64,000 nt of DNA from Bacteroidota bacterium (GTDB lineage Bacteria > Bacteroidota > Bacteroidia > Bacteroidales > FEN-979), in contig JAPLDG010000300.1 in the NCBI GenBank assembly GCA_026391845.1, forward strand, positions 19,595 to 83,594, written 5' to 3'. Under the pieces are notes generated by a model that saw only the letters and a list, made by a program, of their open reading frames with translations, was not told the origin of the DNA and made no database searches. Made by a program: the position numbers and the translations under genes. This document shows, piece by piece, positions 53,523 to 62,199 of the stretch; the first letter of the stretch is position 1, and every line of letters starts with the position of its first letter.

Positions 53523-55772
53523 TCAGGTTGTTCCGGTTTCGACAAAGTACATGTCGATTTCTCCTTTGTGTTTGGCGGCGACTTTGCCACGGTAGGTACA
53601 TTTGAACCGGTCTTTTACCTTTTCCCAGGTTTCGCCGCTGATGTTGATTTTACCGGGTTCTCCGGCACTTTCCATCCGTGAGGCAGTGTTTACGGTATCA
53701 CCCCAGATATCGTAGGCGAATTTTTTATGACCCACGATCCCGGCAACCACCGGTCCGGTGTGAATGCCGATGCGGAGTTCAAAAAAAGATTTTTCCCGGC
53801 CGGTTCTTTCAGCCTTCAGGGTACTCATAAAATCCTGCAGTTCCATCGCGGCTTCAACAACATCGAATGCGTGTGTGTTATTTGCGACGGGCAATCCGCC
53901 CGCACACATGTAACTGTCGCCAATGATCTTTATTTTCTCAATATTATGCCGGGAAACGATGGTGTCGAATTCGCTGTAATAAAAATTGATCTCATCCACA
54001 AGTTCTTCCGCGCTCATGCGCTCGCTGGCCTGGGTAAAATTTTTAAAGTCGGTAAACATCACTGTGACCTCCTCAAACCGCTTTGCCACCGCCTTGCCTG
54101 TTGTTTTCAGTTCTTCGGCTGTTTCATGTGGCAGGATATTCAGCAGCAGAAGGTCCGATTGATTTTTCGCCTCATCCAGCAGTTTGTTTAACCTTTTCTG
54201 GTTCCTGTAATTGCGGAATACGAGCAGGGAAACAATGATGAAAAAAACGACCCCTCCCGCCATCATGTTGCGCACATTCATCCCCTGCCGGATCTTTTGC
54301 CGGTCCTGTTCTGCCGCCAATTCTTTCAGAGATCTTTCCCGCTTCACTGCCTCAGCCATGATCTGGTCATTTTTCGTGATCGCGCTGATGCTGTCGAATA
54401 TCTGCAGGTTCAAAGAGGCATAAAACCATGCATTTTTATAGTCACCGGCTTTCTCATATAATTTTTCCAGGTGCCTTGATGCTGTCAGCATGTATTCAAA
54501 TTTTCCAAAATAACCATCGGATTTCGAAAGGTCGTACGACTTTTTGAATTTTTCAATGGCGGTCATGTAACGCCCCTGCCGGACGAGAAACTGACCATAC
54601 CTGTTATAAAAATTTGATTTGTAAATATTATTCTTATCCGGGGTAATGTTCAGAAGATGTTCCGCTTCCAAAAAAAAGAAATTGGCAGAATCAGGTTCCT
54701 TTTCCAGCTCCTTGAAGTATGCTTTGATCCGGTAATACATCTCCGGATCGGTCAGAAATAATTTCTCAAATTCACCCGGATATATCCGCTTATAGAAATT
54801 ATAAAGCACGGGCAACTCTTCTGTTTCGAGGAGATATTTCCGGTATAGAGCAAACTCTCCTGCCTTCAATCGTTCGTTTCGGGTACGGATGGCAAAATCG
54901 ATGACATTCCTGACACTTTGCTCGTTTAAACCTCCGTTCTTCTGCCGGACATCGATCATTTGCAGATAAAACTGTGTCCACATCAAAGAAACCGTATCAA
55001 TCGGTTTAACTGAAAGGATTAATTCGCCCTCCTTTCTTTTACATTCAATGGCATCGTCAAACAGGTTATTGTCATTGTAAAATCCGGCGAACCGGGAATA
55101 ACATTTGATGAGCAACACCGGATCCCCGATCCTCTCCGCCATATCCCTTGCCACCAGATAGTTTCTGAAGGCATCGATCTTCTGATTCTTACATTCATTG
55201 CTGCTCCCGATGCACAAATAGCTTTCAGCGATCATGCTGCTGTTGTTGAGGGTATTCGCAATCACCAGACATTCATTGCTGTAGGAAATGGCATTGTTGA
55301 AATCATACCTTGAAAGATAAACCTGCACGAGGTTCCTGCAGGTACGCCAGCGTAAAGCCATGTTGTTGGTGATGCGGCTGTTTTGAAGCGCTTTGCCGGC
55401 ATAGCCCAGCGACTTTTTATAATAGGTGGAATTGTCAGTGGATTCAAGGTATCTGTTGTAAGCAAAGATCAGCAATTCAGGTTGAAGGCTCATTTCGGCA
55501 ACCTGGATGGCGGCTTCCGCCAGACTGTCGGACTTAGCAAAATCCTCGAGGTAGTCCTTGTAAAAAAAAGCCAGCCGCGACAGGTAAACAACCCTTGCAC
55601 TGTCATCACCGGCATTTTTATAACTGGTCCATAAGGAGGTGATGGTATCAGGCAGTAGGGTTCGGGCATGTAATTTTGTTGCAAAAGGCAGGGAATCGAA
55701 CAGCAACAGGAAAATCGGAACAGTGAGACTGCAGCGTAACATTTTCACGATATTTAACCTGCCATGCCTCAT
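53523..55772 (-). CDS. TPR-like sensor / TM / class III adenylate (or guanylate) cyclase
   Basis: About 500 aa of helical-repeat N-terminal region, a coiled coil, TM MMAGGVVFFIIVSLLVF, then the cyclase domain VTVMFTDFKNFT...KIIGDSYMCAGGLP...RIGIHTGPVVAGIVG...YDIWGDTVNTASRMES. Confidence 0.88.
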   Translation of the reverse strand: MRHGRLNIVKMLRCSLTVPIFLLLFDSLPFATKLHARTLLPDTITSLWTSYKNAGDDSARVVYLSRLAFFYKDYLEDFAKSDSLAEAAIQVAEMSLQPELLIFAYNRYLESTDNSTYYKKSLGYAGKALQNSRITNNMALRWRTCRNLVQVYLSRYDFNNAISYSNECLVIANTLNNSSMIAESYLCIGSSNECKNQKIDAFRNYLVARDMAERIGDPVLLIKCYSRFAGFYNDNNLFDDAIECKRKEGELILSVKPIDTVSLMWTQFYLQMIDVRQKNGGLNEQSVRNVIDFAIRTRNERLKAGEFALYRKYLLETEELPVLYNFYKRIYPGEFEKLFLTDPEMYYRIKAYFKELEKEPDSANFFFLEAEHLLNITPDKNNIYKSNFYNRYGQFLVRQGRYMTAIEKFKKSYDLSKSDGYFGKFEYMLTASRHLEKLYEKAGDYKNAWFYASLNLQIFDSISAITKNDQIMAEAVKRERSLKELAAEQDRQKIRQGMNVRNMMAGGVVFFIIVSLLVFRNYRNQKRLNKLLDEAKNQSDLLLLNILPHETAEELKTTGKAVAKRFEEVTVMFTDFKNFTQASERMSAEELVDEINFYYSEFDTIVSRHNIEKIKIIGDSYMCAGGLPVANNTHAFDVVEAAMELQDFMSTLKAERTGREKSFFELRIGIHTGPVVAGIVGHKKFAYDIWGDTVNTASRMESAGEPGKINISGETWEKVKDRFKCTYRGKVAAKHKGEIDMYFVETGTT

Positions 55773-55884
55773 TCACTAACAATTAACCCCCGTGTAAAAT
55801 ATTTATTAACCTGCAAATAAACATAAAATTAACTATATTTACACCAAATTACATTTATTTGTTTCACTTATTAAATCGACCACC

Positions 55885-56352
55885 ATGAAAAACAAAATGG
55901 CCATGTTGTTAACCTTTGCGGCAGGTGCAATCATCGGAGCCGCAATTGTATGGATATTATGCAACTGCTGTTGCAAGACGAGTTGCAGAGAGACGGGTTG
56001 CTGTGCAGATCAAAGCAAAGTGCAGTCCGACACAACGGGAATTTCTCACATTTCAGTCCAGACTGCCAATGCCTATTTCAAAGCATACCTCAACAGCCCT
56101 GTCGGTGTTGATACCGTAAAAGCCTTTACCATCAATGCAGAACAATTCAAGGCGATGAAACTCATCTCAGCCGGCGACACCTCCGTGCACGGTTTCAGAA
56201 TTTACATGGGACTCAACGGCCAATCGCCTGTGATGATGGTGGTAGGCACCGGAAGTCCAGACAAAGTCAACTCGATCATTTCCACCACCACCATCGGTTC
56301 AGGCCTCTGTCCGCATGTTTGCGACAAAACAAGCCCCATCATGGCTAAATAG
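55885..56352 (+). CDS. Membrane-anchored protein with a juxtamembrane cysteine cluster, unknown function
   Basis: TM MAMLLTFAAGAIIGAAIVWIL followed directly by CNCCCKTSCRETGCC, then a ~110-aa soluble domain with a C-terminal CPHVC. Confidence 0.55.
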   Translation: MKNKMAMLLTFAAGAIIGAAIVWILCNCCCKTSCRETGCCADQSKVQSDTTGISHISVQTANAYFKAYLNSPVGVDTVKAFTINAEQFKAMKLISAGDTSVHGFRIYMGLNGQSPVMMVVGTGSPDKVNSIISTTTIGSGLCPHVCDKTSPIMAK

Positions 56353-56378
56353 CAAGGGAGGTTTTCGGCTATTCCCCG

Positions 56379-57233
56379 TCAACCGGCAGGTTCCGCCCGG
56401 TCGATAAACATCACCGGAACCCTGCCGGGGTTGAACATCAACCGTTCATTCCAGTCCGAAAAATGGTGGCCGGTTAATTCACCTGCCGGCATGGTCATGG
56501 TCATGACCAGATCTGATCGGGTTGCAGCAGCATGATTGATCACCTGGTTCAAAAAATCGTTCGGCGACCCTGCAATGCTGATTGTGCATGAGACATTCTT
56601 TTCTTTCAAAGCGCCGGATATCTGCGAGGTGATCTTTTTTAACAGGATGTTCATGTCAGGATTTACCTCTGCCGCTTGAAACAGAGAGATCTCCGGGTCG
56701 GAAAACGTGCACATATACAACACCCAATCAATCAACCGGCGAGGATCAAGATCACTGTTTACGGGCAACACAAAACGCCTGAACCCCGCATAGGGGTTGT
56801 CCTGAACCACCAGTACAGGGCAGGCAGCGTCGAGTACCACTCTTAAGGCGTAGCTGCCAAACAGATGCTGCAAGCCTTGCTTTCCATGGGTTCCCATGAC
56901 CAGGATCGCCGGTTTTATTTCAGCGGATACCCGGTTGATCACCTTGAACAGATTTCCCTCCCGGATGAGCAGGTCAACACCGACGGCATATTTTTGAGTC
57001 AGCCTTTCTTTGCATTCCTGAAGTTTCTGACAGGCATTCTGGTATGCGGCATCTTCCTTATTATATATAGTATCGGGAGGCGTGACATATACATGGAGCA
57101 GACAAACCCGGAAGTCAAGGATTTGCGCAAGTTCAAAACCGTAAACCATGGCATTTTCAGCCATTGCCGAAAAATCAACAAGAATAAGGATAACCCTGTT
57201 TGGACTGATTGACTTTTTTACCTGGTTTGCCAT
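56379..57233 (-). CDS. Tandem-domain universal stress protein (UspA family)
   Basis: Two Usp-like halves (ILILVDFS...LVMGTHGKQG...PVLVV and RFVLPVNS...). 284 aa. Confidence 0.8.
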   Translation of the reverse strand: MANQVKKSISPNRVILILVDFSAMAENAMVYGFELAQILDFRVCLLHVYVTPPDTIYNKEDAAYQNACQKLQECKERLTQKYAVGVDLLIREGNLFKVINRVSAEIKPAILVMGTHGKQGLQHLFGSYALRVVLDAACPVLVVQDNPYAGFRRFVLPVNSDLDPRRLIDWVLYMCTFSDPEISLFQAAEVNPDMNILLKKITSQISGALKEKNVSCTISIAGSPNDFLNQVINHAAATRSDLVMTMTMPAGELTGHHFSDWNERLMFNPGRVPVMFIDRAEPAG

Positions 57234-57264
57234 ATGAATGTTTTACCAATACCTTTTACTGCCG

Positions 57265-58077
57265 CTAACAGGCCTCACCGCCACCGGCACACAGTACCGG
57301 ACAATGAAAGTCGTTGAGCAGCAGGGCTTCCTTGTATGCTTTTGGCAAGGTATCGTATTCCTGGGATGCAACAGCCATCATCAAAACGGCATCTGCGCCG
57401 ATCGAACGGGCATACTTCAGGGTTTGTCTGTCATATCCCTGAGAAAAGCCGGCCTGCTCCTCCTTTACCCGAATCATCCTGACACCGTTTTCTTCAAATT
57501 TGCGGGTTGTTTCTTCGATGTTGGCCAGCATCTGTCTGGACCATTCGAAACCGGGCTTGTGTATCGAATAGAAGTGTACTTCCAGGTCGTATATGCCTGC
57601 GAACAAAAGAACTGCATCAACTGCCTTCCAGTAGGTATTGTGACTGCCAACAGGAAGAACAATCTTTTGAAATGATTCAACGAGTGAAGAATCTTCCTGC
57701 ACTACCAGCACCGGGATCGGGATTTTAGCCACCAGCTTCAGGATGTCGGCTCCGAACATTTTTTCCCTGATGCCTTTCAGTCCGTGGGTTCCGATCACCA
57801 TGAGATCATAGTCCTTTTCACACACCGTGAGCGGAATGATTTCAAGAAGGTTTCCCTGTTTAACCAGGACATCACAGGCAATTTCATCGTTTTTTCTGAT
57901 ATTTTCGGCTTCGGCGTTCAATCTCCCCGATATTTCGTCAGCCGAAGCAGACTTACCATCTATCACATGAAATATTGTAACCGACGATCCGGCTTTTTTT
58001 GCGATGGCAATGGCTTGTCTGACAGCCTGGCTTGCGGCTTTGGTAAAATCGGTCGGGACTAAAATTTTATTTTTCAT
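57265..58077 (-). CDS. Tandem-domain universal stress protein (UspA family)
   Basis: KILVPTDFT...DLMVIGTHGLKG...IPVLVV, then a second half KIVLPVGS...AVLMMAV...CPVLC. 270 aa. Confidence 0.8.
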   Translation of the reverse strand: MKNKILVPTDFTKAASQAVRQAIAIAKKAGSSVTIFHVIDGKSASADEISGRLNAEAENIRKNDEIACDVLVKQGNLLEIIPLTVCEKDYDLMVIGTHGLKGIREKMFGADILKLVAKIPIPVLVVQEDSSLVESFQKIVLPVGSHNTYWKAVDAVLLFAGIYDLEVHFYSIHKPGFEWSRQMLANIEETTRKFEENGVRMIRVKEEQAGFSQGYDRQTLKYARSIGADAVLMMAVASQEYDTLPKAYKEALLLNDFHCPVLCAGGGEAC

Positions 58078-58129
58078 GATTGCCGGGTTAAGAGATTAGC
58101 GCACTTCAAAAATAGTGAAAATAAAATTA

Positions 58130-58145
58130 TGCGTAAAATTACGCA
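58130..58145. promoter_or_regulatory. 16-nt palindrome TGCGTA-aaat-TACGCA, 120-135 nt upstream of paralog A
   Basis: Read directly. The same half-sites occur upstream of paralog B (60055-60093) and at 21016-21029. Confidence 0.4.
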
Positions 58146-58170
58146 CGGTCCTCACGTTAAAAAACTTAAC

Positions 58171-58264
58171 AAAATCGGGCATTTTGTCGCTTGATTCACC
58201 CCTGCCGCCGGATGTAATTTTACATCATCAAACAAACACATCTAACCCTTAAAAAAACAAAGCC
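58171..58264 (+). promoter_or_regulatory. Conserved upstream module (promoter + 5' leader), copy 1
   Basis: Aligns with 60117-60208, including identical runs gatgtaattttacatcatcaaacaaaca and aaaaaaacaaagccatgaaaacaacaaaaatttt. Contains the -7-like TAatTTTA at 58215-58222. Confidence 0.5.
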
Positions 58265-58717
58265 ATGAAAACAACAAAAATTTTATCAGCTCTCGGTCTC
58301 GCACTGATCATTAGTGCAGTATTTTCAACTTCAGCCTCCGCCATCGACAAAAAAGGCATTCCGATGTCGGTGAATGCGTTGATCCATTACCGGGTCAATG
58401 TTATCGCGAATATCGACAAAAAATTATGCAATGTTTACCTGGTTAAACTGATGGACGAGCGCGGACGGCTCATTGCCCCCGCAAAAGTTTACAAGCCTGG
58501 CGTGACCCAATACGATTTCTACGAAAGTGGGAGGTCTGTTTCCGGAGTGAGAACTGCAACGCTGGTTCGCGAAACTTACCAGGACCATTTTATTTGTGAA
58601 ACAGAACTCTTTACCGAACCGGTTACCATATCCGGTCTCTTTTCAAGTGGTCAAACCTATCGCTTTGATCTCCATCCGAAAATGCTTGGCCCTCTGAATG
58701 AAGTCAATGACAGGTAA
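58265..58717 (+). CDS. Small secreted two-cysteine protein, paralog A (unknown family)
   Basis: Signal peptide MKTTKILSALGLALIISAVFSTSASA. Roughly 40% identical by eye to 60209..60646. Conserved (L/I)CN(V/E)YLVK, GRL(I/V)(A/T)PAK, PGVT(Q/K)Y(D/E)F, C-E, and GQTY(R/Q)(F/Y)DL. Confidence 0.7.
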   Translation: MKTTKILSALGLALIISAVFSTSASAIDKKGIPMSVNALIHYRVNVIANIDKKLCNVYLVKLMDERGRLIAPAKVYKPGVTQYDFYESGRSVSGVRTATLVRETYQDHFICETELFTEPVTISGLFSSGQTYRFDLHPKMLGPLNEVNDR

Positions 58718-58739
58718 ACGCTTTTCATCCATGCAAAAA

Positions 58740-58772
58740 GAGGGTGTCCCGCAAGGACGCCCTCTTTTTTTT
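58740..58772 (+). terminator. Rho-independent terminator
   Basis: 10-bp stem GAGGGTGTCC-cgcaa-GGACGCCCTC (one G-U pair) followed by T8. Confidence 0.8.
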
Positions 58773-58854
58773 ATCGACGATCCTTTGCCTGGCATTTACG
58801 GCGGGTTATCGGTGAATTTTTCCCTTTTCTGAAAATATTTCTCATTTTCTGTAT

Positions 58855-58862
58855 TACCTTTG
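58855..58862 (+). promoter_or_regulatory. Candidate -7 promoter box TAccTTTG
   Basis: Exact TAnnTTTG match, 45 nt upstream of ATG 58907. Confidence 0.4.
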
Positions 58863-58906
58863 TGCATCAAACCGGATTAAGCAGTAAAACTTAATCTATC
58901 CATAAA

Positions 58907-59260
58907 ATGAAAACAATTCAAAAAGTTCTCCTGTTTATTCTGCTGACATTATCATTGGCTGTCAAAGCGGAAACAAAGGAGATTTCTTTCACACTCGATG
59001 ACCGTGACCGCATCATCCGGACTGAACAGAAGGTTGAATCGATGGAAAAGCGTTTTGACCAACTTTTCAATTTTCTCTGGGCGATTATCGGAATTTTTAC
59101 TGCAATGATGGTTAGCATCTTCGGTTTTGCTTTCTGGGATCGGAAACTCTCCCTTGCACCGCTAAAGAAGGAGGATCAACGGATTGTTGCCGTTTTGGTG
59201 GATTTTGCCAAGACACAGCCAAAATTGAATGAGATTCTGAAAAATGCTGGCTTGTTGTGA
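58907..59260 (+). CDS. Small membrane protein (signal peptide, coiled segment, one TM), unknown function
   Basis: MKTIQKVLLFILLTLSLAVKA signal peptide. TM FNFLWAIIGIFTAMMVSIFGFAFW. 117 aa. Confidence 0.6.
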   Translation: MKTIQKVLLFILLTLSLAVKAETKEISFTLDDRDRIIRTEQKVESMEKRFDQLFNFLWAIIGIFTAMMVSIFGFAFWDRKLSLAPLKKEDQRIVAVLVDFAKTQPKLNEILKNAGLL

Positions 59261-59323
59261 GAACCATAGGGCATGTTTTTTAAAAGAGAGTCTTTCTCAA
59301 AAGCAAGAGCCAGGCTCCTTATT

Positions 59324-59965
59324 TCACATAATAACCAGTTTGTTCCGCAGGGCGTAAATTACGAGGTTGATCACATTTACTGCGCCGGTTTTCTGAAGCA
59401 GTTTGTTTCGGTACCCCTCCACTGTTCGTACACTGAGAAATAATTTATCGGCAATTTCATTGTTTGAAAAACCCTTGCACAACAGGCGCAGGACCTCCAT
59501 CTCTTTTTCGGTGAAGGTGATCTTTTCAACGGCATCAATCTGCCGCACTTTTTTCACCAGCAGCCCCATGATCTCTTCCGAATAATATTGCTGCCCTTCA
59601 CAAACCCGGTTGATGGCCTTTTCAAAATCCTGTATCGCGCTGGTTTTTAAGATAAATCCACACACACCCTTTTCCACCATGGAATAAACATACTCCTCTT
59701 CGCCAAACATGCTGATCACGAGGATCTTCAGTGACGGGTCGTATTTCAGGGCCTTTTCCGTGGCTTCAAGCCCATCCATAACCGGCATCTGGATATCCAT
59801 GAGAACGATATCCGGGGTTACCTTCTTTAACTTTTCGAGGAAGATCGCCCCGTTTTCAGCCTCCCCGACCAGCTCCACATCATCCATTTCACCAATGACC
59901 ATCTTCAGCCCTTTCCTGAAAACAGCATGGTCTTCAACGATAAAAATCTTCTTTTTTGTTTTCAT
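59324..59965 (-). CDS. NarL/LuxR-family response regulator
   Basis: REC KIFIVEDHAVFRKGL...VLMDIQMPVMDG. The C-terminal HTH is LTEKEMEVLRLLCKGFSNNEIADKLFLSVRTVEGYRNKLLQKTG. Confidence 0.9.
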   Translation of the reverse strand: MKTKKKIFIVEDHAVFRKGLKMVIGEMDDVELVGEAENGAIFLEKLKKVTPDIVLMDIQMPVMDGLEATEKALKYDPSLKILVISMFGEEEYVYSMVEKGVCGFILKTSAIQDFEKAINRVCEGQQYYSEEIMGLLVKKVRQIDAVEKITFTEKEMEVLRLLCKGFSNNEIADKLFLSVRTVEGYRNKLLQKTGAVNVINLVIYALRNKLVIM

Positions 59966-60054
59966 CGATTCATGCTTTTAACCTTACCAAATCCGCCGAA
60001 AGGTACATCAAAAAACGATGTTTTGCAATGTCATCCATGGTTTTGTTCGGGCAT

Positions 60055-60093
60055 TGCGTAAAAATACCATGGAAAACCGAGGGGTTTTACGCA
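60055..60093. promoter_or_regulatory. Inverted repeat TGCGTAAAA-n21-TTTTACGCA upstream of paralog B
   Basis: Perfect 9-nt arms read directly. It sits at an equivalent position (about -116 to -154) to the compact palindrome upstream of paralog A. Confidence 0.4.
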
Positions 60094-60116
60094 GTCTGAA
60101 ACGCAAAAAACGCAGC

Positions 60117-60208
60117 AAAATCAGGCAATTCAGCGCTTGAAATGACCCTGCCCGCCGATGTAATTTTACATCATCAAACAAACAACATAAACCTAAAAAA
60201 ACAAAGCC
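60117..60208 (+). promoter_or_regulatory. Conserved upstream module (promoter + 5' leader), copy 2
   Basis: See 58171-58264. The -7-like TAatTTTA is at 60161-60168. Confidence 0.5.
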
Positions 60209-60646
60209 ATGAAAACAACAAAAATTTTTTCCGTTCTCAGTCTTGCACTGATCTTAAGCGCCACAATTTCCGCTTCATCCGCCAACCTCAAAAAGCTGGA
60301 CAGTCCTATTGCTGTTAATCCTGTGATTCGGCACCTGGTCAGCATCAATGTATTGACAGATAAAAATATCTGCAACGAATACCTGGTCAAAATTTTAGAC
60401 AGAAATGGCAGATTGGTAACTCCGGCAAAACGTTTCATTCCCGGTGTTACCAAATATGAATTTTTCGAAAGAGGTTCTGCTATCGGAGTAAGGGTTGCAG
60501 TACTGGTACCTGCACCGCTGAATAATGGTCCTTTATGCGAAATGGTGCTGATCACTCAACCTGTCAGGATTTCTGGCCATTTTTATCCCGGTCAGACCTA
60601 TCAGTATGACCTCTTTCCAAAGGTGCAGTCAACCATCCAGGATTAG
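60209..60646 (+). CDS. Small secreted two-cysteine protein, paralog B (unknown family)
   Basis: Signal peptide MKTTKIFSVLSLALILSATISASSA. Paralog of 58265..58717. Located between the response-regulator and kinase genes on the opposite strand. Confidence 0.7.
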   Translation: MKTTKIFSVLSLALILSATISASSANLKKLDSPIAVNPVIRHLVSINVLTDKNICNEYLVKILDRNGRLVTPAKRFIPGVTKYEFFERGSAIGVRVAVLVPAPLNNGPLCEMVLITQPVRISGHFYPGQTYQYDLFPKVQSTIQD

Positions 60647-60674
60647 GGATACGCGGGTTTAAAAATTAACAGGA

Positions 60675-60710
60675 GGCTGTCTCAAGACCACGAGACAGCC
60701 TTTTTCTTTT
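60675..60710 (+). terminator. Rho-independent terminator
   Basis: 9-bp stem GGCTGTCTC-aagaccac-GAGACAGCC followed by TTTTTCTTTT. Confidence 0.8.
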
Positions 60711-60804
60711 GTATGCCGGGCGTATCGCCAGCAATGGTCAGATATCAACAAGTAATTGTAAACGCAATCACAATAATTTGTCTTTTGAACAAATTGATAT
60801 TCAT

Positions 60805-62166
60805 TTATCCGGATTGTCGTTCGACAGTCACCGCTGTTTTTCCTTTCCGTTGGGTAAACTGAATTTTTGCATCGAGGAGCTTCACCCGCTGAATGATGTT
60901 CCCGAGGCCCATCCCTCCGGGGTTTTTATTGATCTCTGAAATATCGTACCCTTTTCCGTTGTCGGTATAATCAAGTTTTAACAATCCCCTGAGATAATTG
61001 AGCCTGACAACCGCATTGGTAGCTCCCGCATGTTTGACGGTGTTGTTGATCAGTTCGCAGATGATTCGGTAAAAATGCAATTCCGTCTGCTTCTGGAAAC
61101 GACGGCCCTTGAGATTGGAGATGAAGCTGATTTCGAAGATCCCTTCATGCTGCATGGTGCCGATAAACGAATTAACAGCCGCCTCCAGTCCGAAATTTTC
61201 GATGAGCCGGGGCATCAGGTTATTGGCGACGATCCGCATCTTTGCAATGGTTTCAGCCAGTAGTTGGTTGCAGGTAGCCAGCGTTGCTGCTGATTTTTCA
61301 GGGCTTTTCGCGTGTTCAAGCATGCCAAGGTGCAATTTTATGCTGGAGAGGATGGGTCCAAGGTCGTCGTGAAGATCGGCCGCAAATTGTTTCCGGTCTT
61401 TTTCTTCCGTTTCGATGACCCGGCCCAGCACATATTTTTCCAGGTGTTTTCTTTCGGTCATATCAATCAGGATGGTCATGACGGCATCCTGTCCCTGGTA
61501 TTTCAATTTGCTGTTGCGCAGGAGGAAATTCTTGATCACCACCTTCCTGTTTTCCGTTCTGATCTCAAACTCTTCCTCTTCGATAAAAGCATCGCCGGAG
61601 AGATTTCTGAAAACCGTTGTGTTTTTGGCATCTGCGGGGTCTGTTAAAAGAGAAACCACATCTTTTCCGATGACCTCATCCTTGCTCAGTCCGGTTATTC
61701 CGAGGATCAGATCATTGGCAAAAACCACCTTACCATTGATGTGAATCAGGATCGGGTTCGGGAGCTGATTGACCACGGTTCTGTACAACGCTTCACTTTC
61801 AAGGAGCGATGCTTGCGTTCGCTTATAGTCGGTCAGATCTTTGAGCGTGACAACCGCAAGCGCCTGGTTTTCAAATTGAGCCGAAAGCACTGAAACAAGG
61901 TAGGGGTTGATGGTCCCGTTGCCCCTTTGAATATGGACCTCGGTGTTGTTGGCACTTTCAGGTTTACCTGTGAATAATCCGCTGACTTCCTGCGGGAAAA
62001 TGCGATCAATTTTCAACCCCGTAACCTCTTGAACCGGCATGGCCACCAGGTCGCAAAAAGCCTGGTTTGCCAGGAAGCAACATCTCTTTTTATCCAGGGC
62101 AAAAATAGGATTTGGAATGGAATTGAAAACTTCGCGAAGAAATCCGGTTTCCGTGATTGGTTTCAT
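60805..62166 (-). CDS. Cytoplasmic PAS-PAS sensor histidine kinase with HisKA_3 dimerisation domain (NarL-class partner)
   Basis: Two PAS-like segments, then the H box DRKQFAADLHDDLGPILSSIK (HisKA_3 type) and the HATPase region NNTVKHAGA...DNGKG...GGMGLGNI. Confidence 0.88.
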   Translation of the reverse strand: MKPITETGFLREVFNSIPNPIFALDKKRCCFLANQAFCDLVAMPVQEVTGLKIDRIFPQEVSGLFTGKPESANNTEVHIQRGNGTINPYLVSVLSAQFENQALAVVTLKDLTDYKRTQASLLESEALYRTVVNQLPNPILIHINGKVVFANDLILGITGLSKDEVIGKDVVSLLTDPADAKNTTVFRNLSGDAFIEEEEFEIRTENRKVVIKNFLLRNSKLKYQGQDAVMTILIDMTERKHLEKYVLGRVIETEEKDRKQFAADLHDDLGPILSSIKLHLGMLEHAKSPEKSAATLATCNQLLAETIAKMRIVANNLMPRLIENFGLEAAVNSFIGTMQHEGIFEISFISNLKGRRFQKQTELHFYRIICELINNTVKHAGATNAVVRLNYLRGLLKLDYTDNGKGYDISEINKNPGGMGLGNIIQRVKLLDAKIQFTQRKGKTAVTVERQSG

Positions 62167-62199
62167 TCGAAAATTGTTAGTTTCACATTGTTTTCAGGC

